64,000 nt of DNA from Styela clava. Taxonomy: Eukaryota. The translations under genes and the position numbers were made by a program. The notes under the pieces were generated by a model that worked only from the letters and a program-made list of their open reading frames with translations, was not told the DNA's origin and searched no databases. Location: NCBI RefSeq assembly GCF_964204865.1, contig NC_135250.1, positions 17,422,001-17,486,000 of the forward strand. The letters run 5' to 3'. Every line of letters starts with the position of its first letter. Within the stretch, counting starts at the first letter, position 1. Shown here piece by piece: positions 36,790 through 49,641 of the stretch.

Positions 36790-39436
36790 CTTTACTCCAT
36801 TCCACGTTTGAATATAACCAATGTATTAGTCATATCTTAGATTTAATAATAAAAATGATCTGTAACATAAAGTCAAGATAGATATGAGAACCATACTAGT
36901 CGGGAAACTCATTGCATTAACTACATGCTTCGTTAAATGTGGGGATATTCTTTTTCATGTACACATCTTGCAGAGAAAAATATGTCTTTTTGTTATCATT
37001 TTGACTCTTAGAGCATTGTTAATTTTAATACAATAAAGTAGCAGCAACTGACTAAGAGCATGCTATAGAGTAAGTAAAGTTCCAAGGCGGATTGTATTTC
37101 AGTTGGTTTTACGTTTTTGTGTCACGTTAGCGTTAACGCTAAACATATGGCAGACGTGCGCAGACTTTGTGTCAAGTTTATATTGCCCTTGTGTAACGTG
37201 TACACTATGGTATTGTGGAAGTTTTCAAGTTATTAATAACAATCGATGACTTGCGGGGTCGTGGGAAGATCAGCCTATTTTAGTTATATGTATCTTGAAC
37301 CACTGGATCAGCATCTGACTTCAGCCAGTGGACTCTTTTTCTACAAATGAAGAGCGGGGTATCGATATAATGCATGTCGATTTTGGCTATGTTTAAATAG
37401 ACCCGGATAAGACTTCTATCATGTAAAACTACCAATAATACATTTTGTCGGGCTCCAATTCAATCAGTGTGCGGTGCATCTATCAGCCCCTTTATTGTTT
37501 TTGTTGGTATACGATAACTTATCTCAAGGCAAGTAAATGTAATTGTCTACCAGCGAAAAGCCCATGGGCATGATCAATTTTTGGCGTACGCGTTACAAAA
37601 ATAAAATATAGCTTCTTTAATATAGCTCGTTTAGAAATTTGATTTCGTAACAAACAGACATGTATAATTAAGTTAAACAATGCTATGACTGTTGTAGGAA
37701 TATCAGGAATACCTTTGTCTACGCGTCAGTGATGATCACGTTGGAAAATATATTTGTATGTTATATTAATAAATAATAATAGCTTAACAGTTTATATAAG
37801 TGAATTTTCATTATACAGGAATTTATATTTAATTAAAAGAAATCAATTATGCAATTATACATATTCATAGATGCCATCACAAATGAATCTCCCTTGCTTG
37901 ATAAGAATCGAGAAACCTATTAACAATGCGAATATACCTAACTTATACTAAATAGCATTAATTCAACGAGATGTCTGAAGTATACAGTTGGAGATTTGCT
38001 GTTAATGATGTTTTCAATATTCGAAATTAGTGTTTTATTTCTAAAAGTTGAAATTTTATAACGTACGAACTAAAGTTTTTTTGGTCTTTAATGCTTTTAT
38101 TGTGAAACAAAATGCTAAAAAATGTTCAAAATCATTAGGTCATGGTTCTTACTCTGAATATTATTTAATTCTCATTCAACCCATGATTGTGTACGTTTCA
38201 AAATACTGGTTTGATCATGGTCACACTTTCAAAAGTGATTTAAAAATCATGACATTATGTGGTTCAATGCGGTGACATGCGACACTGATCCATGGTTATG
38301 TCAAAAATATCAATAAGAAAATAATCTCATTTTAATCATTAATAAGGCGCTTGGTTTTCTTTTTGGCAAATAAAATTTGGGCAATACTGTGCATATATAT
38401 TTGAGTAATATGTTAATAAAAAATGTCGGTACTTTTGACAAATTTTTATTACCAAGTTTATAAAATTTGTCATTTGTCTGCTAAAATTACATTTCCACTC
38501 TTTTCTATCATTACCTGCAAAATTTAGTAGGTTTGGTACATTTGTTGATTGAATAATAACATTATTACAGGAATGTGGTGCGTGAGCGGCACCTGATACG
38601 ATCATGTGGGTGGGTAGGTGCAGCATAATATTTACAAGACCAATCCTACGAAAGATTGAAAATGGGATTAAAATTATATGATCGCTTGGATTAATTACAA
38701 ATATAGATCACGGCTGTATAAAAATACAGTTTTCGACTCTAAATTGTAATCATTCCACTTTGTCGCTACAGATTTAAAATGACGTTTCTTATGTAATTTT
38801 TTTTCTAATTGTTACGATGCCTTGTATTACTTAAGACACTCGTATTATATATATATATAAACAATCTATTTTTGTATTACAAAGTGCACGTGTGTTTATC
38901 GTGTGACGTCATCTAGTAAATTCTTACCAAATTATCTTTTTCATCACATGATCATGATGATAACAATGAACGGGCGTTATGCCGTAGTTACAACATAATA
39001 CCACGGAGAGTGTGTTTTATATTTGCATTGCAAAGAAAACTCCTCGTCGTTACAATTTCGAAACGCTTAACTCAAATATATTCTAATAAATGTAGTTTAG
39101 TAAGGTAATGTATTTCACGATAGAAATTAAAAGGGGATATTTCGTTTAGGCACTAGTAATTTTTTATTACTTTTTTCCTGGAATGGATTCCTGAATTTTT
39201 TCCTGAATCATGATTACTCAGGTATAAGTTGCATCATAATTCTAGATAGAAGATTTTGCTCCAAGAGTAGTGCTTAATGATATTAATATTGATTCACGAA
39301 ATTCGTCCCGAAGTGCTATTGTTTTATAGCTTTTAAACATTACTTCTGACCTAAAGTAAATTTAACTGTCATCGGCCCAAATTAAGCTCAAATTTGTAAT
39401 TGCCATTGGCCTTAATTTGTTTGAATGTGTTGTTAT

Positions 39437-39848
39437 TAGGGCTGGGCATTTCCGAATACCTTGTGATTTCAGAATCGAATCGAATAATTTTTTCGAATCG
39501 AATCGAATCTCGGATACTTGGAAATATATAATTGTAGACGACTTCTTATAGTAATTGGTCCTCTTAACAAATGAATTACTGAAGACATAGAATACATCAC
39601 ACAGATAGATTACTGAGCGTTCACACATATTAAAAAACACGTTTTATCAATAACTCACTACAGAAAAAAGTCATACGTCAGAATTGCGTTGAAAAAATAT
39701 GACTTCAATGAAAAAAAAATTGGGGAATTCACCTCGACCATTGGCGAAAAGAAGAAAACAAGATGGCGGCGATTCGAAATTTAGCTCTGAACCAATTCGA
39801 ATAATTTACTATTCGATTCGAATATTCGATTCGAAATGCCCAGCCCTA
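39437..39848. mobile_element. hAT-type MITE, 412 bp
   Basis: 16-bp TIR TAGGGCTGGGCATTTC, 8-bp TSD GTTGTTAT/GTTATTAT (1 mismatch), subterminal ATTCGAAT/GAATC repeats. Confidence 0.88.
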
Positions 39849-40757
39849 GTTATTATGTAATATAAATATAAACAATGGCAATGTCATACGCTGGGAACAC
39901 TTCACAAAGTTCTGTAGGTCCAATAAACCCGAACGGTATTTTATTAAATTCATGAAGATGCTATCTATTAACTATAAAACCGGAAGTTTTATTCTTATCA
40001 GTGATAAAAGAATATATATACACTATTAAACAATAGCTTTACATTCATTTACAAAGAATCTTACAAATTTTGGTGTAAAATCATTGAACTCGTGAAGAAT
40101 TTCAAAATTTTTAATGACACCTTATTTTATTTGTGGGTATAGACGCATAATTAGGGTTTTTGTATAGACATGTCAGCAATTTCAAAATTACATTCACAAT
40201 TGCCTCTTAATCTCCCCAAGAATGCATAATATATATATATTTCAATGTTATATAAATTTGGCGTCAAACAATGCCGCAGAATGCACCCATTTACTGTAAT
40301 TTATAAACTGAAAAAAATGAATCGCGTTGTCACAGAAACAAAATAGTTCTGTCCAAAATTGCAATTAGTTTTACCTAATGTTTATCTTTAGGTCGCCAGC
40401 TGGTGATAACCAATATATAAATTAAGTCAAGGTGAACTAAGATACCGGTTGCAAATTTCATTTGCAATATGCGTTAATGCGCAATGTGCGTTTTTAGAAT
40501 TATTTGAAATTTATTTTGGTTATCTTATTTGAAGCTAAATTTGATTGTTTATAGGCTATATTGTCAAGAGTATTGTTAATTACTTGACTCATTGCATTGT
40601 TCCACTGGAAACTTGTTTTAACGTATTTAGCATGATATAGTTCAATCGTACCTAAAATAAGGTTAAGCGTTTTAAAGATCGGGGTGTCGTACCCACTAGA
40701 GCAGTTTCTCACTGCGATGTGTTGAAAATCATCCTCCAGATCTACGATTTTTCCTTT

Positions 40758-41190
40758 TGGGACTTGCTTTTTTTTCGACTCGCCCAACCGTGGTGTCGGA
40801 CTTGTCTTTTTTTTTCCACGCCAGACTTGTCCTATTTTTTTTTTTACTGAGCCGGGCGGGGCACGTCGGCGGCGTCATCGTGGTGTCGGACTTATCTTCA
40901 CCACGCCGAGCGGGGTCGACGTGTCATTTCGCAACACGACAAGGGGGCGTCGCCGCCCTCCATTGGCTCGCGCCCCGTTTCGAAATCTTCCACGTGAATT
41001 CCGCTCGCTCGCTGGGCTGGTCTCGCGCCGATTGCTGACACGTGATTGGCCGTTAATCACTCATCCGCGACGAAGCCCACGTGTCATTTCGCAATACGAA
41101 AAGGGGGCGTCGCCGCCGCCCATTGGATCGCACAATTTCGCAATACGACCAGGTACAAACTAACCAAACCAAAAAAGTTCGAGAGACCGC
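40758..41190. repeat. GC-rich internally repetitive block (probable transposon or LTR-like sequence)
   Basis: Repeats cgtggtgtcggactt (x2) and acgtgtcatttcgcaa..aagggggcgtcgccgcc..ccattgg (x2, period 160); several CACGTG sites. Confidence 0.55.
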
Positions 41191-41195
41191 ACGTG

Positions 41196-42692
41196 TATGG
41201 TGGCCCATCGTTGTCACGCGTAAAATTGAAAATAAAAATAAAATAAAAAACCGAAAATAAANNNNNNNNNNNNNNNNNNNNNNNNNNNNNNNNNNNNNNN
41301 NNNNNNNNNNNNNNNNNNNNNNNNNNNNNNNNNNNNNNNNNNNNNNNNNNNNNNNNNNNNNNNNNNNNNNNNNNNNNNNNNNNNNNNNNNNNNNNNNNNN
41401 NNNNNNNNNNNAAGGTTGACAACAAATTTGCTTCTGCTTGGGACCAACGTTGTCAGGCATAATCCTACGCGCACAAATGTGTTCCCTGGGTTTCAAACTC
41501 ACTACTGATTTTCTTGAGCAATATTCAATATGAAAATGTTCTATAAATTCTCCATGCTACAAGTTCAACAAGAAGTAATATATTTATAATAATGATAAGA
41601 GAATATAGAATTGAATACAAAAATTCGGAAAATTTGTTTTTACGTGTATAAGGTAATTTAATTGGAGAATGCTGCTTAACTACTCAGTTGTCTGGACACT
41701 CGCGATGCCGGTACCGTCTTACCAAATACCGGTAGTCGGTTGTAGTCGCTTTGCGTCTGACCGTACCGGTAGCCATACAATCACGACTGAAACACTCTCT
41801 GCGCCTGCCCCATACCGTACAGTCGTAACGTACCGATCCAGACAAATGATAAATCGCCCGTGCTCAACCATTTATTTCAATCCATACCTAGATCCTAGTA
41901 GAATATAGTGAGTCGAGGTATGGATTGAAATAAATGGTTGAGCACGGGCGATTTATCATTTGTCTGGATCGGTACGTTACGGCTGTACGGTATGGGGCAG
42001 GCGCAGAGAGTGTTTCAGTAGACTATATTCTACGAGACTATCCGTATCTCCCATTCTTTCACGAGTGATTGCATGGGTACCGGTACGGTCAGACGGTACC
42101 GTACCGGCATCGCACGAGTGTCTGAGCAGTTAAGCAGCAATTTCCAATTAAATTATCTTCTACACGTAAAAACAAATTTTCGTATCCAATTCTATATTCT
42201 CTTATCATTATTATAAATATATTGCTTGTGGTTGAACTTGTAGCATGGAGAATTTATAGAACATTTTCATGTTGAATTTATTGGATATTGCTCATGAAAA
42301 TCAGTAGTGAGTTAGAAACCCAGGAAACACATTTGTGCGTGTAGGATTAGGCCTGACAACGTTGGTCCCAAGCAGCATCAAATTTTCCAAAAATAAAAAC
42401 GCGTGACAACGATGGGCCACGAGGCGGACCATCGTTGTCAANNNNNNNNNNNNNNNNNNNNNNNNNNNNNNNNNNNNNNNNNNNNNNNNNNNNNNNNNNN
42501 NNNNNNNNNNNNNNNNNNNNNNNNNNNNNNNNNNNNNNNNNNNNNNNNNNNNNNNNNNNNNNNNNNNNNNNNNNNNNNNNNNNNNNNNNNNNATTTTTAT
42601 GTTTTTTCACAACAATTATTTTATTTTCGCTTTTTCATTTTTTTTTTCATTTTTTTTTTAAATTTTACACGTGACAACGATGGGCCACCATA
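41196..42692. mobile_element. Foldback (long inverted repeat) DNA element, copy 1, with 6-bp TSD CACGTG
   Basis: Termini TATGGTGGCCCATCGTTGTCAC / GTGACAACGATGGGCCACCATA; arms extend several hundred bp; CACGTG at 41190-41195 and 42693-42698; two N gaps. Confidence 0.9.
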
Positions 42693-43814
42693 CACGTGCA
42701 ACCACACTATCCTAACCCTAGGTGAGGACTGTAAGAGCGAAAGACAGAGTTAATTCGAATGAGCCAAGAGCGGCGTGCGGTGCGGAACAGTCGGGGCGGG
42801 ATGGGGCGCACATTCCCTCGGCGGCGGGCAAAAGAGTGCTGCGTCGCCGGCATCGGCGTCGGGAGAGGCCGTGCCGAAAGAGTTAAGAGTTTGAAATCAT
42901 CTGGCGATTGTGTTTTCTCAACCTGCAGACTAAAGAGTTACGAATCATCTAAACACTTTTACATTAACTCTGTTTTCATGCATAACATTACCAAAAGTGC
43001 GGATCAGTGGTGACATCTAGTGAATGTTGCAAATTTGCATTTCCTCAGAAAAGAAAAGAGAGATACGCTGTGTATAGGATCTATTTAATATGAATGGTTT
43101 AGCGCAGTGAATGTTTGTCCTGCATATAACTTTTTTGTTTCTACATATACACGTTTGGAGGGATGTTTAGATAAACTGTAAGTACAAACAACAATGTTCA
43201 TCAATTTTAATCAAACGGCACTCAAAAAATTGCTTTTTAGTGCTTCTCACTGAAAATGACAGTAAATAACGATGCACCATAGTGTGATAATGTGCCATAA
43301 CATTCGACAATAAACGCATAAAGCGGTGTGATGTGCTGTAAAATTAGTCAGAAAAGTAATATAGCCTAAATAGTCATTATCTCACTTGTTTCAATTATAT
43401 ATTACAACACAAGACGCATTCAGTTGAATTTTATATATATAATTACCGTTACATGATTTCAAAATTATATATATATCGAATATTTGTTGTAACAGGAGCT
43501 CGAAAATTTTTCGAATAAAAACAAGTTTTCTTATAAAAGTCACTAGATAACACACACTAAAATTCACCATAAAATATTCACTGAATGAACAGATAGCAGA
43601 GATATTCAGCTCAATTTAAGTTTCAAACTTCAGTGAACGGTAACAATCAACTCGGGTTTAACAAACTGAATATATATATATATATCAAAAACAAGTTTTA
43701 ATTTCAATATTCATCAAGCCTGCATTATTAATATCCACTTTCGGATAAATTCTCTTCGCTATCATTTTTGCTTTTGAGTCGTTAAATTTGTTCCATTTTT
43801 TGCTTTATTATTTG

Positions 43815-44202
43815 AAAATTACAGAGTCAATCAAGATAAATAAATTTTTGTGGTGCTTTTGAAATAAATAACCCTATCAAAAAAAAAATAATAGAGTCAA
43901 TTAAGATGAATACATTTTTGTGGTGTTTTCGAAGTAATCATTTCAAGAAAAATAACTGAGTCAATCACGATGAATACATTTTTGGGGTGTGTTTGAAATA
44001 ACCATATCAAGAAAAATAACAGAGTCAATTAAGATGAATTCATTTTTGTGGTGTTTTTGAAATAACCATATCAAATAAAAAATTACAGAGTCATTCAAGA
44101 TGAATAAATTTTTGTGGTGTTTTTGAAATTACCATTTCAAGAAAAATAACAGAGTCAATCGAGATGAATAAATTTTTGTGGTGCTTTTAAAACCATATCA
44201 AA
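43815..44202. repeat. Minisatellite, ~64-bp unit x6
   Basis: gagtca recurs at ~43824, 43894, 43958, 44022, 44088 and 44152; consensus aaaataacagagtcaatcaagatgaataaatttttgtggtgtttttgaaataaccatatcaag. Confidence 0.9.
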
Positions 44203-44467
44203 GCAATTGTTTATTTTTGGGATAATAAATAATTTGAAGCAATGAAAATTTTATCTGAAACCAAATATATCGCCTTAGTTTGACAAATTTGTATTCTTCA
44301 AATTGCTCAGGAACAATCACCAATAAAAATATTAAGCAGGCAACGTGATTTTAATATCTGTTGAGAATTCGAATGTAGTTTCCATTGCTATTGCAACTAC
44401 ATGTTTAGTACCCCTGGGAGAGTTAAGGACAACTGTTGTGAAAAAAAATATTCAGTAGAGTGATTAC

Positions 44468-45996
44468 TTTTTAGTAACACTGGCTGTTCCGTCGTTCGTG
44501 TAGAGGAGGATACTGCTACAGGCTATATGTAGGCTATACAAGGAAATCAAAATGTTCGTTTTTGCTTTAGGAAAAAATAGACCATCACTTCGTAGTTTAT
44601 ACAGCACTGAGGCTTGACAATTCATACTAATTTTAATCTTTATAATTTACACTCTTAGTACCACCTACGTACAGGATGATTAATAGCATTCGAACGACTA
44701 AGACATGCAGTTGGAATTTGCAACATACTTAGCAAGTTTACAGTATTTTCTTTCCTGGGGTACTAATAAAATCCAAATGTAAAATTTTCGTCTTTTAATG
44801 ACACGTTTTCTGAAAATATAATTAGATTGTGAATAAAGTAATATGTCATGTTTTGTACACACAAAATTAAATAAAGGAATACTTGCTGTTGTTTTCGAAA
44901 TAAGAATCGAAAAATATGTGTTTTCTTATGAATCTATAAATTTATACTGCAGTTGGGATGAATATGTGAGTATCACCGAATGCCCAAGGTATTTTTCCCC
45001 GTGATATTTATATCGAAGACAACCCCCACTTTATTTATTTTAACGTGACTTCAGAAATGCCTATAAATTTACAAATATTAAATATCAATTTACAAATATC
45101 ATGTAGAATCTAGAACCTTGTATGCCTAATAAAACAAATTATCTATTGATATATTAAATGATGATATATATACCTTTCTGCGCGTCGGATAGCTAGATAG
45201 CTAGTATGGCCAAAACGAATCATCAATGACTTTCTTAGCGACGAGAAACCTTTCTACCTACTTTCCCTTTTTTTTTTCAAAGTGCATCAGTCTCACCTGT
45301 CGTCTTTCAGTCCGCGATTTGATAGCAGTCTTTTTACCTTTCCAGGGTCCTTCCTTCTTCAGGGACTGATTTTATCAAAATATATTGTAACAGGGAAACA
45401 TGTCGATACAAATCCTTGAAAACGTTTCTGTCTAAGATGGCTATGCATTGATATTGTTCAATAAATATAAGTTTGATTATTTCTTGTAGTTTTGCAGTCC
45501 ATGGTGATCAATCAAGAATCCAATAAGCAACATATGAATGTCAGAAATCAGAATAGAGACATTATTACACCGCATGTTTTATTTTTGTAAGTTATCATCC
45601 GCCGCTGCCAAACGCATTTTATTTTACGATTACTTATTTCTATGCAAAACTGGTATTCTGGCAGATTTGCCATTTACATTCTACGAAATGCTCTCGTATA
45701 GCAATTATACTCTAGTAATAATGAAGAAGCATCGACTTATTACACATTTTCTAGTACCCTCCCCGTCGAAAGAATCACATGCTCTAAAGCAGTGATCGGC
45801 AACCATTTTTAGGTGACGGACCGGTAAATCCTGACCAAAATCTTGGCGGACCACCTTTATACAAACGAACTAATCTAATGTAATAAATTTGATGCGTTAG
45901 GAAATTTATGTTGATAATACATTCAAAAACAAAGGTGATACGTAACGTATTTCCTACGTTTGGCCTACTTCGATCTTTCGTTTTTGTAGTTGCCAT
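44468..45996 (-). CDS. Candidate multi-exon gene of unknown product (partial model)
   Basis: Exon-like blocks with splice signals: 45996..45958 MATTKTKDRSRPN (ttttcag|aATG, |gtagga); ~45854..45744 VVRQDFGQDLPVRHLKMVADHCFRACDSFDGEGTRKC; 45365..45297 SLKKEGPWKGKKTAIKSRTERRQ (aatcag|, |gtgaga); ~44522..44468 PVAVSSSTRTTEQPVLLK. No homology recognised. Confidence 0.3.
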
Positions 45997-47004
45997 TCTG
46001 AAAACCCAACCTCACATAAATATAACATTGGTATTGTACGTTTTTGTGTCATCTTCTGCGAAATCAAAGGGATAAGATGAATAATTTGATAAAGCTAGGT
46101 CGAAATTTCATTGAGATCATAATAAATATACGGTTTTATATTTGATACACATAAGTCAAATGTCGCAAGGCTCGCTAGAAATACCGAGTTATATATATAG
46201 GGGAACGTGATAACGAATTTAAGTTAAAAACGTAAAGAATTACAAACAAACGACGACAACCACAATTACGGATCTTAATCCACCTAAACTAGTGGATCTT
46301 TATACCCCGAACACGAAATTTACATTGTTCGATGAGTGGGTGTATTTTTCAATGTACAAGTCGTCTAAACGCCCCCAGTCCCGTGTATTTTAAATGGGAA
46401 GGGATTGATAATTATCGCACGGTCCTAAATAAAAATTTGTCGCATTGTTCGTGATATCCCATGGACATATATATATATTTGAGCTAGTGTTTATTTCTCA
46501 TAGGTGGTACCAGTTGAAAGTTGAAACCACATTCTGCGCCATGATATTTTTCGCATCGTGTTGAGGCCTTAGCGGAAAGAAATACATCTTTCCACTGATA
46601 TCGACGCAATGAATCTAGTTAAAACAAGCAGTCATTCCTGATGGCCGAAATAAATGCAGAAAATATTTGATGAGGCTAAAAAATATGCAAATTCAACAAA
46701 ATTCCGTATTGTTGCTTATACATTCGGACCTTGAACGAATTCAAATAAGGATAATAAATAGTATTTATCTGTCTGTCTACGCGATATCTCATTTATGGCT
46801 TGTTAACATGTTTGTTAACATTACTTATCAATGATTTCCGTTCCGCCTTCATATTTGATTATGTTTTGCCCCCATTCATCATTATTGTGTGCGTCCTGTT
46901 TGTTACTTTTGAGCATGTTTATATTTTATTGATTGAATTTTTATTCTATTGCTTGACATTACAGCCTCCCCTTCCCTATTTCATAATAACACCGCCCTTT
47001 ATAA

Positions 47005-47369
47005 AATCTTAGGGGTAACTTATGCTGGTATCAGTGGGCCACCCTCTAATGTCATTTAATATAGCGTCACTTAAACGTGCGAATACCGCGACAGTGGAGC
47101 CTGTAGTGTCAACCTTAAACGGATCGACTGAACAGATGGGGCGACAACAAAATGAATGTTAACGATGTGACACGTTTTGGCGGCCCAATCTTAGGGGTAA
47201 CTTATGCTGGTATCAGTGGGCAACCCTCTATTGTCGTTTAATATAACGTCACTTACACGTGCAAATACCGCGACAGTGGAGCCTGTAGTGTCAACCCTAA
47301 TTAGATCGACTGAGCAGATGGGGCGACAACAAAATGAATGTTAACGATGTGACACGTTTTGGCGGCCCA
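47005..47369. repeat. 182-bp tandem duplication
   Basis: aatcttaggggtaacttatgctggtatcagtggg...gacacgttttggcggccca at 47005 and 47187, with few mismatches. Confidence 0.9.
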
Positions 47370-49641
47370 TCTGTGCTGTCGAATATATCAGTCGGCGAAT
47401 CGCCGCTTAGAAAGGAAAAGGATAAAACTAGAAAAGGAAAACTGGGAAAAGAAAAAGACTAGGAAGAGGAGACTGTGACTTATTATTGACTTAATATTAT
47501 AGTGTTAATAAATATCTGAAAAAACTTAAAGACTGTGACACGTTATCTGACAAAGAAGACTTAATTAAAGAAAGTATAGCACACCGTCCTGAGACGTTAA
47601 TAAAGGGAAGGAAGAAACGCCGCGCGCCGGTACGGTCCCTGCATACATACACAGCCAATTGCATATGCATGTACACTGATACAAATTATATAGCCTTTCA
47701 AGTAAAGTTTATACATATAGCTTGTCATAAGCATAAACACTCAATATAAATATACATCCGTTAGTATAATCCTTGGTTGTTATTGTATACTTTTGAGCTT
47801 TACCGCTAACCTCCCCATGCCTAATCTTACCCGCTATCTCGACCTGATCTCCCCATGTCTGACCCCACCCGCTGACTATACCTGATCTCCCCATGCCTAA
47901 CCCCTCCTGCTAATTCCTCTTAAATGTTCGATGTCCGGTCCCTACCGAACCACCGTTTCTACTTTCTCCCGCTCACCCTACCTCAACTACCAGTGTCTAA
48001 TGATCCAATCCTACACCACAATCGTAACTAAACTTGGCATGACTGATCCTGCATTTTCCAATCTATCCATGTCTAATATCCCCACGTCTAATCCTATATG
48101 CGAGGCCTCCGTATTTATATCGACACACTAACTACGTTAACTAATGGGACGTTCACAATATATTCGACGCCGGTCTCTTATTAATTGCGTATTTCGAGGT
48201 TCTACGTGAACCAAAAAATCCTCCATACGTCCGTCCAATATCTCTGGTTTCATCCAAAATTTCGCTATTTCATTTTTATTCACAAAACACCGTTTTGATG
48301 CCGCAAAGCATGACGTTTTGATTTTGATGATCGTTCTAAATCGACTTAGAAACTCCATTATAAGAATAAAGTTAAACGTGTTTTACAACCGTATATATGG
48401 GACGTGATTTTGTAAGAAGCAGTAATTACGAGGAAAACATCGCATATCTATGTTTTAAATAAGAAATTATATGAAATGTATCAACCCCGCGCCCTATTGG
48501 TTGCTCTATAACTGTGACTCATATGGGATATATCAACTCCGTGTGTTTTATGGCTTGGAAATAGCTGTAAACGCAAGAAAAATTAACGAAGAGACGCATT
48601 CGGTCGGTGTTGAGACAGCACTCTTGTGTCGCGCAATCGCCCCGTGTTATCTGAATTATTATAACTCATAAATAGAGTCAAGTCGTTTTCTTTCTGAAAT
48701 TGCTTTGAATCTATTCAAATAAACGTTGATTCGAGTCGTAATTCTGAAACTTACATCTCTATTCTCAATACGCTTTTCGCATATAACATCGCCATATCAG
48801 CGGTATAACTTACAACAGTCAAGCATATGCCATAGATGAAATACAACTTGAATGATGCTACTCAGTTGATCTGCATATTAGCAAGTGCTCTGCAAATCAG
48901 ACTATAAGCATACAACTACTTGCGCAAATCAACTTTTTACATATTTGTATAACTATTAGACCCAAAGGAGATTTTTAAATAAAAACATTGCGAAGAAATG
49001 AAGAGATTGTCGCTTTGTTTACTGGGGTGGACTCTATTGCGAAAAATTGGCCCGAGTTGTGAGAATTCAGCCCTTTTTTCGTCTTTAGATTTATATAAAA
49101 CTACTTACTATGAAGACTAATGGGAAGCAGAATGATATCAAAAAGATATTGAATACCAGAAAAATAATCGTGTGACTCACCTTTAAAAGAACAAAGCGTG
49201 TCACCTATCTTGAAGTCTAATCTCTTTTGGAAACCTTCCAACCTTTAGAACATTTGAAAATACCCATTGCCCGAGTGTTGAATCATTTATAATCAAAGGC
49301 AATTTGGAGTTTGGCAAATGGAAGATAAAAAAAAAAGAACAATAATAAAATAATGTAAATTAATAAGGCGTGAAAGTAAATAGCCTCTAAGGCTCTAATT
49401 AGTGTTCAACTCTTGGTGTTACTGTCTTTGGACGAATAATTGAACGATTTGGAGCCGTGCCAGAACCACTATTGCTACTCTTACTGATGATATGAGGCTG
49501 AAACCACAACGATCTCGTTAGTTTGATTTGTACATGAGGTCTAACTAAGGCAGATTGGCGCTCATGAATATCGCTTATGTTTTACGTGACGGTATATCAA
49601 CCTTCTGGTTTTGATAAATAATAATCAGGAAATCATCGATT

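Noticed and set aside
40757-43013. ORFs in the GC-rich and foldback region, including those spanning N runs
   Set aside because: Open only because of GC content, Ns or low complexity; no domain motifs or splice support.
43815-44202. CRISPR-like array
   Set aside because: Whole units repeat with no unique spacers; eukaryotic context and no cas genes.
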